A stretch of DNA of 64,000 bases from Camelus ferus (taxonomy: Eukaryota): assembly GCF_009834535.1 (NCBI RefSeq), contig NC_045697.1, positions 84,756,001-84,820,000 on the forward strand. The letters run 5' to 3'. The notes under the pieces are model-generated. The model made no database searches. It saw only the letters and a list, made by a program, of their open reading frames with translations, and was not told the origin of the DNA. Both the position numbers and the translations under genes were made by a program. The number at the start of each line of letters is the position of its first letter. The first letter of the stretch is position 1. Shown here one piece after another: positions 39,060-52,734 of the stretch.

Positions 39060-39348
39060 GTCAGACTTACTCTGTAAATGAATAGATGGCAAAAACATTA
39101 GGCTATCAGGGTCACATCGTCAGTTGTAGCTACTTAACTTTGCTATAGTAGTGCAAAATCTATTTTACATAAACAAAAAGATGTGGCTCTGTTCCAATAA
39201 AGTTTTATTTCCAGACATTGAAATTTGAATTTTATATGATTTCTTTTCAACCATTTGAAAATATTAAGACAATTTTAATTGGCAAGCTGTTGCAAAATAG
39301 GCAGCCAGCGGGCTGGATTTGGTCCAGGAGCCATGGATTTCAAATCCT
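39060..39348. mobile_element. MER58-like hAT-Charlie element
   Basis: gctacttaactttgctatagtagtgcaaaa...gtggctctgttccaataaagttttattt...gggctggatttggtcc. Confidence 0.75.
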
Positions 39349-42300
39349 TTATTAGACAAGTAAATATTGATATGTTGAGCAACTGTTTACAAAAAAGACT
39401 ACATTATATGCCTGGAAATAACCCAACTGCCTTCCTCAAGTGTCAGTTTTTTTCTTCACCTCTGTAATCTCGATACTTACTGACTGCTTCCCGTATCAAG
39501 TTAGACAATAGTTGATCTACTTAAGTTAGTGTTTCATGCATGGAGTGTGAGATGTTGAGGTGCAAACAGGTGTGCAAAAATGTCAATTTTAGTACAAATA
39601 TATTCTCTACCCCTGAATTTTCCTGATACCTCAAAATACTTTCTGTGGGCATTGACCATTCCTTCTTGAGCAGTTTAGAATTTTCCCTCTTCCCTTTCAT
39701 CTAGGTCTCAATTCTGCAGGGTTATGTAGCACTAAGGCAAAGCACTGTGGGCAGAACCTGGCCCTCATGTGGCATGTTTCCATGCTAGCATCTGTTGAAA
39801 TGTCGTGGTCTGTGGTCCAATGACAGTTCCTGGTCACCGTCAACCCTCCATGATGACATGCTAGACATCCAGTTTCCTATTTTGTCTGTGTTGACAGCTG
39901 TGTTTATTTCTACAACCCCACCATCTGTCATTTGAGTCCTCTTCAAATTCACCAACTCTTTTTCATCTAAATTCCAACCCCTTTTGGGGATTTATAAAAT
40001 GTTGCTCTGCTCTCCCAGACCACGCTAGGATCATGACCAACTAAATGTTTCTGTCTCTCGCACGGTCATCCACAGCCATCTCTGTGCTAAAGCTGTACAC
40101 TGTAGTGGGGTGGGAGTCTTGCAAGACTGTCACCTCCAGGGCCATAATGGGAAGTTGGGCCCAAGTCCCCTCTGTTTTTGGACCCCAAATCTATAGTAGG
40201 TTGTGCTGTCCCATGTTTACCTTTTCTCAGAGCCCACATCATCATCTCATATTCGATTGTTACCAAACTCAGCTTCACTTCCATTTCAGAGGGATATTTT
40301 AAAATCACTGGAGTAACAAAAATTTGCTCTTATCTCATGTCTTCTTCTAAATATGCTTTTTGGGGCATTAACTTTATGCTTTGATTCCTTCAGCATCTGG
40401 CCTTTTGAGATTCGAAATTTTTTTTCTTTAAAACTATTCCCTCCCTATATATTTCCAGAGTCGATCTGGAAACTCAGAAGCTAAAAATTGCCTCTGTCCC
40501 CCATTCTGCACACTGCTTTAATGACCCTATCCTGAGGGCACAGAGTACAAATTGAGCCCCCTCTTCTGAGAGACTGGAGGAAAAAGTACTGGAACCACAA
40601 ATAATCTCTCAGCTAGTATCTAGCATTGTTAACATAGTGCCTTGTATCTGCCACTGAGCCCTGTTGAACTGGTTGTCCATCCAGCATGTGGTGAGATGAA
40701 GCCAGAGTCCACAGGAACATCCTTTTGAAACATTTTACTTGAGAGCCCAGAATTTAAATTTAAATCCTTGAATGAAAGAATATATTTGGAATGTGTTAGA
40801 TTCCCTGCCACATCTCTCTAGGAGGCAGATAGCCAAATATCCTATGGCTTTTCGTCAGTTTTTGTCTTCAGAAGTTAACATAGCCTGTAATGTGCATAAG
40901 CTGTATATTGCCAACATTGACTTATATTTTATCTTCTACATTAATTAATTGGGTCCTTGGTTTTGAGAGCAAAAGCAAAAGCATGTTGTCCCATGAGTAG
41001 CATGCCTCAAATAATAAAATGTTGCCAAAATTAAGAACAGAAAAACAGAAAGCACTGTCTATTGAGCATGAAATGTCAAAGACAGATGATGTTTTTGTTT
41101 GATTCTTTGAAGGTCGAAACTTGTTTCATGTTTTAAGTCATGAAGGAAGAGCTGACATATGGTTCAAACAGAATTTTAATGCCAGCCTTCCTTGTAATAT
41201 GACCTTACGGAGCAGTATCCGAAGCACTGCACTTATTCTCATATATTGTACGTTGACCACAATTGTGTAACTTTAGGCTGCCATGTAGAGATCTCACATA
41301 TTTCTTCATGAGCTTCAGAATCTTTGCGGAGACAAAAAAATTTGCTAACTTGCTTTCTGTCATCAAGTCAAAACTGATTAACACAAGTTATTGCTAGTCT
41401 CAAATAAAAATGCTTAATAATTAAAACACTTCTTTAAGATGTTTTTGAAACAAGTAGGGTAATTTTTTTTTACCCTACAGAAATCCCATTGATTCCTGTA
41501 TTCACTTTTGTCAATCATTCTAAATGTGGGTGGTGAGTTTGTTTTGTGTAAATTTTACTCGTAGCCTAAAAAGCAGATCAAAGACATCACATTCACAAAC
41601 TTTTCCTATTGTCTTAAATTAACCACTCCAGGAAGTTCTGCCATTCATGGGACCTGGTGAAAAGATATTAGAGGTTTTCAAAGGTTTTTACAAAGTCGAC
41701 TTTGTTTTTATGAAACTGCTTCTAATTTAGAAAAATTTCTTATCTTCTACTCAACATCTAAGTGCTCTGTCCAATTAACAAGACGTTGGGCACCCATGGC
41801 AGAATTTATCCACTGGTTATCTCACAAAAGTGAAGTTGATGGAATGTGTGATAAGCTCCGGTTTCTCTAAGTTATACTCAATCTCTAGCCAATTCCAGAA
41901 TAAAAGCTCAAAAAATATTCTGTGATCCCTAACAGCTGATTGATTGGGGATGACATTTAAAGCTTTGAGCTGGAGATTCAATGATTGTGTTGTGCCCTGG
42001 AGGTTTACATTCTCATGTCCTTCTCTGAGCAGCAGTTAAACATGTAAGAAAGCTGCCTGGGTAGCTGACATCAGCTCACTACTGTGTACAATTTGGGGCA
42101 TCCTGCTTCATTTCCCCATCATTTGGCAAGGAGAGGCATGACCGGGGCTGGGGTGTGAAGCCGTTGACAGAGGAGCAGTCCTCCATGCTGCAGAAGCCAG
42201 GACAGAAGAGCTAATAATCATCTGTGGCAGTGAGGATGAGGTAACCTGCCTGCTTTCCTAAATACACAGATGGAAAGAGTTTGCAGTTCATTTCTTTCCA

Positions 42301-44881
42301 AGGTAACAATTTATTTCATTTCTGTTTTACAGTAATAGAAGCAGAAGTTATTCTCTTTGGGGAAATTTTATTTTTGTTTAATTAGTCTACCCAAACAACA
42401 AGAGAACTGAGTCTTCTGGGGATAGATGCAGTGAAGTCAAAGTTAATTAGTTTTCTCATGATGCACTGCATTTGGGTGAAATATCACGGCGGGGCACACC
42501 AACAGTCAGATTACTTGATTAAGTGTTGTTTTCCTAGAAAGGCAGAATTTTATCAGAAAAATCTGTGTAGAAATAATATTTCACCTTCCTTGAGAGTTGA
42601 CAGCATTTGATACTCACCTTGGAGTTTTCCTTGGAATAAGTTCTTTCATCTCCACTTTATCTTTCCTTTGAGATGTCAGATGGCAAGGGAAGATGATGGA
42701 GTGGCCTGCAGGTCCCTAGTGAACTTGAGAACCATGTTCCTATTTAACTACAACATAAAACTCACAAATCAAACACAGTTTATTTTTCTCTTATGATTGT
42801 CAAAGTTATACATTATGCAGAATTTTAAGGCTAAATAAAGAAATCTTCCTCAGTGGTCTTTTGTCATTTCATAGGTGGGTGTTCAAATCAGACTAAGAGC
42901 ATTATACAAATATACCTGTGGCACAAAAAAAATGAGCTCTTGAATCAAGTGTCTGTTCTTATCTGATTACAGGCTGATTACATGCAAACATGCCAAGTAT
43001 ATGATTTACATTATTAAAATACAGAGTTTCAGCATTAAGTATTATTCCAAATGGTCCTATTATTAATTTATTGTCTTGTCAAGATTTCTGTCTGACAAAA
43101 GAATAACATTATCATGTACTAATGAAATCAGCAAAGTACTAACCTCAGACTTATACTTAAGACAAGTTACACGTTGATATCTTCAAGTCAAGGTTTAAGA
43201 GAGATTGCCTTGTAATTCAGGAAAAATTCTGAAGGTAATCACCACAGGAGTGTCTCTGTTAATTTAGAAGATAAATTAGCAACTAAAAATACCAGGTAAG
43301 TAGCTAAAAACAAACACTTCCTTCAACAAGTTCGCTTCTTTCTTCATCTCATTTCTTCCCTAGAAAAAAACAGACAATAAACAGAAACCAAGAAAATAAG
43401 AGTCCTTGCCACAGCTTTCCTAATCAAAACCTTTTATTCCATTTTTGGTTCCATTTGTACAATCATTTTGTAAACACTTGACCGTCCAAAAATCTTCACT
43501 GCAAGAAAATGACCTTCTTCAATGAGGAAATTTCTAACTGAGAACTGATTTTCTCTCTTATCTCTATTGTATGTGTGAAGAAAAAGTAAAAGTATTTTCC
43601 ACAAAATTATGGCCTCAGGAGCATCCAATGACTTTTCCTTAGGGTTCATCTACTTAATTCATGGGTGGATTGCTAAAGGATGAGCTAAAGGAGAGAGGGT
43701 GATTGTGAAAGGGTCAAACAAGGGCCTTATGCTCCTTTTCCTTACAAATCTAACAGTAGCAGAGATACAGAACGAGTAATTCAGAGCCACAATTATACAT
43801 GCTTGCTTTATATTTTTTCCCGAGTAAGGTCAGCTTATCATGATTCACTTTTTAATGTTATCATTAGCTAATACCCTAAGTATTCTGGTCATCAGTCCTT
43901 TTCACAAAATCTGATAGACAAAGTGTGAGACTGTTAACATCCTGATATGATGATGTGAATTCTTATAATACACTGGGGTAAACTTGATTTCTGATTCAAC
44001 TTGCAGAATAAAATAGTAGATTTTGTCTTTTTTTAAGTAAGAATTAATTCACTATTATGAAATCCCTGACATGGCCACCTCAATCCCATTTTTTGAACTC
44101 TCAGAAATCATTGAAATAAGAAGTCTTTTCTTAAGAGACCAGTGGTGCAATGGCATATAATAGTGGGAATGATAGAATTGAGCAGTTTGGAAAATGCAGA
44201 TCTAGTTTTGTTTGGCTGCTGGTTCCCACACACACACACACACAAACAGATATAGTCCTGGAGTTTTAAAACCTATGCTTGCTTTGAATCAAGTCTACAG
44301 AGAGTGAATGTCAGGGAAGGATATCCTGAAGAAGTGACATTGAACTAGGGCTAAAAGTGCATGCAGAAGGTCTAAGGCAAAGGGGATCCCGAAAAAAGAC
44401 CCTGTTTAGTTGTACTGGACTGTGAGAGCTGAGGCCAGAGAGGCAGGAGCAGAAGGGGAACAAGTAGAATGAGAAAGAGGAAGACTGTGGCTTCCAGTGT
44501 TCCTGCCACCTTCTGCACCATCCAGAGGTCTGGGAAGCTGTGGAACAGCCTGTTGGAGGCCCCGCTGGGAGCTGACCCTTCAGGAGGGAGAGGAGCTGTT
44601 CTTCAGAAGGTGGCCAAGGCCAAGAGGTGGGAGTGGGAGAAGCCTGCTCATGATCACTCCCCATGACCTGCTCAGGGGGAATTTGTGCTTCCATCGCAAC
44701 TACTTTAGGTTCTATGTGTCTAGGAGTTCTTGTTTCCTAAGAAGGCATACGTCTACTAGGAAACAAAATAAAAGTCCCAGTAAACCTAAAGCCATGGCTG
44801 ATGCTCTCTGAGCTTGGATTCTTTGTGCCAGCAGATCAGCAGGTAAAGAAAGAACTCAACTCTCTCCTCCCCCTAACCCCA

Positions 44882-44882
44882 G

Positions 44883-44928
<46 letters not shown>
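44882..44928. repeat. GCGCGCG followed by (CA)20 microsatellite
   Basis: Read directly. A (CA)9 also lies at 44227-44244. Confidence 0.97.
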
Positions 44929-44932
<4 letters not shown>

Positions 44933-45767
44933 CATAACCCCGCAAACTTTACAGTTTGCAAATGATGAGAGAATGCAGTGAGAGCAATTTGGAAATTTTA
45001 ACTCAGTTCATATAGCAGCAATAGCAGCAGTGATGTGTGTGTGTATTATTTCCTTGTAGGCAACCAGGAGAAGCTCAGGTGTGATCTGATGGAGGTAAAT
45101 ATTTGCTCATCCCTTAAACATGAGCTTTTCCCTTTAAGTTTAAGCATTAATTACAATACTGTAATCTACCCTAAAAGTGAAAGAATGCTACAGCAGAAAG
45201 CCATATGACCAATTAATTCCTCCAACTTTAAGCACAAGATGATGTAACCAAAAATATTTAACTTTTTTTTGAAAATAAGAACCTCTTTGAAATAAGTTAT
45301 TGTAGCTTTAAAAATGAAGGACTAAATTTTAAAAAAATTAAATAGAATTACTTCGGGGGATGTTATTTTGTAGAAGACAGCATGATGTCATTTTTAATCA
45401 TAGAAAAAAATCTTTTCTCCTGCTGTTCATTTGAGTGAAGAGAAAATTAATTTATAATCCCTTTGATGGCCTTTGTTTTCATTAATTTAATTTCCATTAC
45501 ATGTTGAGATCAGAGGTGCTGAAAGAGATGTCAGTGACATCATTTTTTAGATGTAAAACCAGCCCGGGGAGGGCTTTTCATTAATTTAAGGAAAATTGTT
45601 GTAACAATCTTCCTTCACTAAATAGTACACTGCAGAAAATAAAACAGAAATAGCATACTGAAGAAAAATTAAGCACACATCTTAAGAAAAGTTTATTTCA
45701 TGAAAAATGCATTTAGCTGTGATACTGCTTTTTTATATGAATAGAATTTGAATAGTTGCCCTCAGGT

Positions 45768-45938
45768 AGTAGCCCTCAGAGTTCAGCAGTTTGAGAATCA
45801 TCTGCACTGTGGGGCCATGTGGGGGTTCTCCAGAGGAGGTTAGGATTCAGTCGGTGTGGAATGTGGCCCTGGGATCTGCGTTTTCACCAAGAGTCCAGGT
45901 AATTCTCATTCAAATGATTTGTGGTTTGAGAAACACTC
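45768..45938. mobile_element. MER5-family hAT element
   Basis: gattcagtcggtgtggaatgtggccctgggatctgcgtttt...caggtaattct...tttgagaaacact. Confidence 0.65.
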
Positions 45939-46649
45939 TTCTAAATTATAATTTTTTTTTTTTTTTACTATTAAACCCAGGTAAGTGTGGTTATACTTAC
46001 CTTCCTAGCCTGAGGCTGACCGGAAGTTTTTTCAAAGAGAGGTGAAGAGCAGAGACAAACGAAGGAATAAACTGACAGTCTTTCATCTCAGTGAGATTAA
46101 AAGGCGCCAACTGCCTGGCTCATGAAACATCTTATTGTGAGTGAAGTTAACTTCCTAAATGTTCCATGCCCTTTGTATAAATTGATGCTGGAAACGCAGG
46201 AGAGAATAAAAGAGCAAGAGGCCATTGGGGTCCTGGAGGAAGAAGGACACGGAGAAGCCTGGAAGCTAAGGAACTTTACAACTTTGTATACATCGTATAT
46301 TCAGTGTTCACTTTAGGCAGGAGATAAATAAAAGGTCTGCGCTGAAATATTTCTGGTCTTTTAGCCTACAAGCAAGAGTTTTCAAGTTTTATGATGTTTG
46401 ATTATTGTGGTGGTACTGTATGATTTTACATGACTTCATATAAAGTCTTTGTGCTTCACATAAAGGACTTTTGGTCCCAAGGAATTAATTAATTTAGATC
46501 TCTTTGGATGTATAATAAATAAATAGGAATTCATCTACAAATTATTTCCTTCTGTTACTGGCCCTTTCAAGTCAGGCCCCAAGAAGGTGTTAGAGCGAAT
46601 AGAAGGAGACCAAGTTTGGGTTCAGAAGCAAAGGAAAGCTTTACTGCCT

Positions 46650-46960
46650 GGTCACAGAATGGAGAGGTGCCGGTTCCCGCTCTAGGGCACTCGCAGTCCG
46701 AGAGGCCATGGGCGGCCGGGCTGCTTCCAGGCTCCCGTCCAGGGGGAGGGGCGGAGTTCTCGCTGCCGCGCAGCGGTGCTGAGCCGGGCCGTGGCAGTGC
46801 CGGGTGCAGCGGCCCTGCGCGCCGCCCGCCCGCCATATTGAATGAGGGGTGGTGCGCAACGCTTCTGCACACGGCCGGAAGCAGTGCTGCGCGGCCGCTT
46901 GGCGCCGGGACCGCAGGTCTGAAGGGCCGGGTGGGAGGCCTCTGCGTGTGGCGCCCTGTG
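46650..46960. promoter_or_regulatory. Small CpG-island promoter / first exon of an unidentified gene
   Basis: Abrupt GC- and CpG-rich block in AT-rich DNA. GC box GGGGCGGAGT (46748-46757), YY1 motif CCGCCATATT (46830-46839), ETS motif CCGGAAGC (46875-46882). Possible + strand donor CAG|gtgaaa at 46965/46966. Confidence 0.8.
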
Positions 46961-49900
46961 AACAGGTGAAACTAGAGGAAGCACAGAGGAAAAGAGAAAA
47001 AAAGGTTAGATTTTATTTTATAACCCAGATTCTTTACTTATTTCCTGGGAATTTTTAATGGGCTTTGCTAGTAACACTTCTTTGTTCCTTCCTTCTCTCC
47101 TCTCTTCCTCTCCTTAGTCTTCCTCCCCTCCCCTCCTCCCCGCCGTGGATTCCACGCACGTTTGATTAGGTGGTTTGCTTGTTTCTGGCTTAGTAGTGAA
47201 GAGTGTCCTGTTGTAATGGGTGAGCGGTGGGAAACACTGGTTTCAACATTTCTATACGGGGAAAGATTTTGGATGCCACAAGATTTCAGGAATGAAAATA
47301 GCGCAAAAGAAGGCATGAAATCAGAATAACTGGTTTAGAATAGGCCAAGAGTTGTTTTGTTTTTTACGCCTATGGAACAGAAAATATAACAGAGGTTACA
47401 AGTCAAAAGGAATGTTGAATAGAGTGTTCAAATTTTGTCATAATGGTGAGTTGGTTGAAAAATAGAGGGTTGTTTCCAGTATCCCCTTTTCCTGGTTTCG
47501 TTCAATGTCCCATCCGCCCTGAGCTTTTGGTGATTTAAACATCAACAAATAGTTTTATGACTTCAGTTTGAGAATTGCTGGCAGGGACTGATTTGGTGTA
47601 TAAATCTTGCCAAAATGTTCTGAGATACTCCCTTTTGGTAGAACAGTTGGTACAGGATCCTGATAGGGGATAATTAAAATCAGACTCCATTGTGATAAAT
47701 GAGGTAGAAGTACTCTTATAAATAGAGCATGCTTCCCTCAGTATGTGAATTTACAAGTCCTGTGAGCCTCTTTCTAGCCTCTTACCCTGGCTGAAGCTTT
47801 TTCATTCCCTACAAAACATCAGCAGTGAAATAGCTTGCCATGAAGGGAGAATTCTATTGCATATTTAAATTACATTAAATAATTACTGAATCAATAATAT
47901 ATCTTCACATTGCTATCCTAGAATTTTCATTTAGAATATCTTTTCTAAATTTAAAAATTTAAGAAAATGTCTTAAAAATTCTTAAAATGTGTTTATTACC
48001 TAATGATTTTACGATTGGTTCTGTTCATTTTGTGTGAAATAGCTTTGGTGCTCTGTTTTTGCGATTTTATCAACTAAAGCTAGAAACTTCAATACGTCTT
48101 ATGAAATAAAGAAATGCAGCAAAATTAGTTGAAAGATATTTTTACATGATTGCATACATATGTTACTATGTTTTGATGAATATATATTTGTACTAGTAAT
48201 ATCAAAGACCTAGAAATAACTAGAAAAGTGACCCTTAATCAAGGTTCATTTGGAATTTGAAACTAAATTTATGTCATATGATGAGTTACCTATCAATGAA
48301 AACTACCTTTTGCCTGGTTTATTTAATTTTTTGATACAATTTTTTCATATTCACCTCTATGCATCATAAAATTGTTTCTATTCTCTTTTTTTCTTGCTTT
48401 TAAAAAGATTTATCAGAAAGCAAGTTTAAGTTAGCATACTTAAAAGAAAAGACAAATTTTCCAAATCAAAAAAGCTAAAAAATGTCAAACGAAATTTTCC
48501 ATTTCACATTTGAATAGTTTTTATCCTAATGCTGTTTATTTCATGAACTATGTAATTCATTATTTTGTTTGTTTTTTTTAAAATATACATGCCTTGCATT
48601 GAACCACATGAAATTATTTTTATTTAGGTCAAAATAGTGAAATATCAACAATTTCAAGATATTCAACCTATATATGTACCAGAGATTTATTTTAAGTCTT
48701 TGTATCCATCTACTAGGTAGCGCTTTGGGGGTGTTGGGAAATCTTTATTTTATTGGCTTATGATGTTGTTTCTTATGCTCAATGTTTTATAAATGTAGGT
48801 TAATGTGTGGCTAAGACCATTTATCAATTCTGTGATTGTACTTTATAGGGATTTGCATTAAATAATCAATTCTGTGGTTTAATTATAATTTTATTCCTGA
48901 GTATCCTCAAAGGAGATATTTATTGAAAGGGAGAAAAGGAAAATATAATTTGGAATTTAGGGAAATCTCAGAAAACAAAAGGAAAAAAGATTTATTTGAT
49001 AATGTAGTTAGGTATGAATTTATAGATCTTACCAGTTCCCCAAACAAAAAGTCTGTTTCTATTACATGCTAGATTATGTTTCCTTAAAAATAGAAACTTT
49101 TCTGTTTTTTAAACAACACTTAGGATCAATCATAGACATTATGAATGGAAGGCAGATGTAGAGGTCGCCATTTAAGCAAGTTCTACTTGACCTGTTCCAA
49201 ACTAATCTGTCTCTATCCTAATTCTAATAATCTCCAGGGATGGATTTTTCAGAACCTCTTTCAGTAAAATGTTTCAATGATTAAGAACTATGAGTACTGA
49301 ACAATTTGTCTAGTTACTGATTTTATTTTCATATGATTATAAAAGTAATAAATGTTCATTTGATATTTTGAAAGGTACAAAAATTAATAAACAGTGAACA
49401 CCCATAATCTTACTGTTAAGTCCTGTATACCAAAATAATTCATCTTGATATCATATTCTTTAGTTTTATGTGTTGAAAAGGAAATATCTAGGCATATTTC
49501 CCCATATTATTATTGTTATTTTTATAGTTCCTGTCTCCATACCAGGTTTTAATGTCATCTTCTGGTATTATGAATCTGTTTTGTATCCTTTCTAAATTCT
49601 TCATATCTCTGTTATGTTGTGAAACCCCAAGTGGATAAAATATTTTATTGGCTTTTATTGTTAATGTTGATTCTGTATGTTACTCCTTTGGACCTTTGCT
49701 ATTCCCTGGTAGTTCATTAAAATGTTGAGGGCTACATTCATTCTTTAAACCATCAGAATATCAATTAATACATTTTATTAGGCTTTGAAACATACTGGAA
49801 ATAATTTGACAGCATAATAAAGGGGGTGATGAACCTAAATATATCTCTATTTGAAATTCCATAGCTTGCTCAAGTGTAATTACTAAGTGAATGCCTTATA

Positions 49901-50084
49901 ATAATCCTCTTTGGAAGCTGAAATTATGGCTGTTTTCAGGGAATGGGGGAAGGGAAAATAGATGCTTTATTGTTCTGCAACCTAGGTAGGTGTATTCATT
50001 CACACTGAGAACACTGGAAAAGAAAAACAAAAACCAAACAACTACGTGTAAAATATTCCAGAATACTTTGGGAAATTACCATGA

Positions 50085-50370
50085 AGCAATCATTCATATA
50101 TTGATTCACTTAGCAAATACTAATTGAATGACTTACTGTAGTGGTGACACCAGAGATACAAAAATAAATTATATGTTCCCTGCCCTGGAGGAACTCACAT
50201 TTTGATGGAGAAAACTGAAATATGTACAAATAATTACAGTATGATATGAGTAAAGGAAAGTATGGATTGTATCGAAAGAACACATTGGTGTGTTTGGGAA
50301 GACTTCACAGATAAGGCATCATTTGCATTCCCTCCTGTGCTTGGGACATAAGATGTGTGCAAGTGGAGAG
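50085..50370 (-). mobile_element. L2 3' end
   Basis: cattcat...ttcacttagcaaatactaattgaatgacttact...ttccctgccctggaggaactcacatt. Confidence 0.75.
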
Positions 50371-52734
50371 AGTAAGAGGAGATAAAAAACTTTTTGCAAA
50401 GAAATCTTGTTTATAAAGAAAAAGAAAATGTCTGAGTAATGTTGTTCATGACACTGTTTTAGAGAAAATATGACCAAATTTGGTTATGACCTTTTTTCTG
50501 AATTTCTTCAGTATAAATTATTTTAAAGATTTTTTGTCTTTCCTTTATTATTATCTTGAAACAAAGAATTGTTATACAACCTTAGATAATTACTCATCAA
50601 ATGAGTATACTACAGTAAAAAACCAAAGAGATTTAGTGCTGTCTGTACTAAATATTCCACTTTGTGTTTCTTGGCCTTGGTTTCCTATTCCATAAAATGG
50701 ATAAGGTGGATTATATAATCTTATTTTAGTTCTCCCAACAAAAATCTTCTAAATGTTTAACTATACATGTAGGAAGACATTGATTCAAATATTAGGATGA
50801 TAAAAAAGTCTGACTATTATGTTTTCTTGATTTTCTAACTTGAATATTGAGAAGGACAATGACTTTAAGAGCTAAAACAAATATTTTGGTAAATAGTATG
50901 GGGAACAATGAAATGTGATCCTTACAGACCTTAATAAAGAGAATGTTTAACCTTGCAAGAAAGAGCTGGATATTCTAAAAGAAAAACAACTTCACTATAC
51001 CAGAGCTATGTTCAAGTGTAGCCAGGGATAACCAAAGAATCATAAAATCAGTCTACTGTGAGAGCTGTGGAGAGCTACACTCTATTCCCACTTTCTTCTT
51101 AGCAGTTATTCCAGATCCTAATTAAAAGTGTTTTTTATTATTATTTAAATGTTCCACAGGGAAAGGCTTGTCACCTTTTAAAAATACTTTTGCAGAACAA
51201 AGTGCCTCAATGTCATGACATCAGGATACAGGCAGGAAAAGACAAATGAGCTTTGGCAGTTTTCCCACATGGATAAATCCAGAAGGAGTAGCTAATAAAT
51301 CAGGAAGGGTCATTGCCTTGAAAAGGAACATTGTCCATTCCTGAATATTTAAACTTACAGAAATGGGATTCATTCTCAGGGTTCATTCTACCTTTCACCA
51401 TTTCTGCATCAAAGGTTGTGAGGGAGCTGAAAGCTAAACTAAGGCTAACACTAAAGCAAACATGTTTAAATAATTTCAGATCCAAAAAGAAATTTTCTAT
51501 TTTTATAGTAATGCATGCACAAATACAAAAGAGACTCAGCATTTTGAAATTGGGAGAGGACAGTAATGGATAAATTTGGCCAATGGTCAAAAAAGGAATC
51601 TCTTCTGGAGAAGAAATTATCAGTGTAATGTGTGTAAAAAGCAGCGATTTGTTTTAATTTTTGAAATTTTCCATTTAAGAGAATGTCTTCAACATGCTTA
51701 GTCATAATTTTATTTATTAAAGCCAACAAGTAAAAATGATATTAATATTTTGTATAAACAAGCACACTTTTCAGAGATAGCTCATTTAAAATCTTGAGTT
51801 ATTGAGGCACTTATAATGCTTATTCTCAAATTTAATTACAGAATTATTTGAAAAATTAAATAATAGCTGGTTTGGAATATTTAATATATTGTTTACATTC
51901 TTTTGCATGTATTTTTTACTTTCTAAAATTTTAACTGTTAACTTAAAAAATACAAATGTGGAATCTAGATTCTGTTTTTCAACAGTTACTCTTCTAGGGA
52001 ATATATTATAGTTACTAATATTCCTATTTCTTTTCCTTTCTTTCTGGATATTAGGAAAGAATTTAAAGTGCTAATATCTATATTCATCTATGTGTCTTTT
52101 ATAGAGAGAAATAATAAAAATGTGCTATACCTCACATATAAAGATGGTGCTTAACTTTTTTTTCTGTTCTTTCTTTTGCTCAAATGAAAGAAAAAACTCA
52201 GTAGTATAGTCTAGCTCCGTATAAAAATTGCCTTATTCTATTAATTCATTTCTTTACTTTTCATTATAGAACAAATAGATGTTTTAGTTAATTATTTGAA
52301 AACAAACACACTCCCATTTTCCTTGTTTTGCTATCCACTTACAGTTTTTTTAGGACTAGCTTGAGTCAGTTCAGTTATTTACTGTAGATACTGATAAGGT
52401 CATAGGTTCAGGCCACATCTGGACCTGTGAAAGTGATGGCATGCAAAGCTGGCCATCTGCTTTGTAAATGCTTCATGTTAATCCTGATGGCAACAAAGAC
52501 AAGGAGTTGGGATAGTACAGCAAAATGCACTCCACTACTAGGAAAACTCAAGTATTTTCCCTACAAGAGGAGACAAATAGATTAGATGAACAGTCCTTCA
52601 GAATGGAATGGTAGGCTCTGAAGGGGACCAACTTATTTCTTCTTATTCCATCATATGTTATAGCCCATTAATCAGATGATCAAAGACCTGGATACTTCTA
52701 TAGATAAGCAAATGCCAACTGCTAGAAATCCTTA

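Noticed and set aside
46567..47058. Overlapping 69-117 aa ORFs on both strands
   Set aside because: Expected in GC-rich CpG-island DNA with few stop codons; no recognisable protein.
48707..48725. CTCF-like catctactaggtagcgctt
   Set aside because: Two mismatches at strongly conserved core positions.
52350..52470. tRNA-like sequence
   Set aside because: Too degenerate for a tRNA gene; at most an old tRNA-derived SINE (MamSINE1-like).
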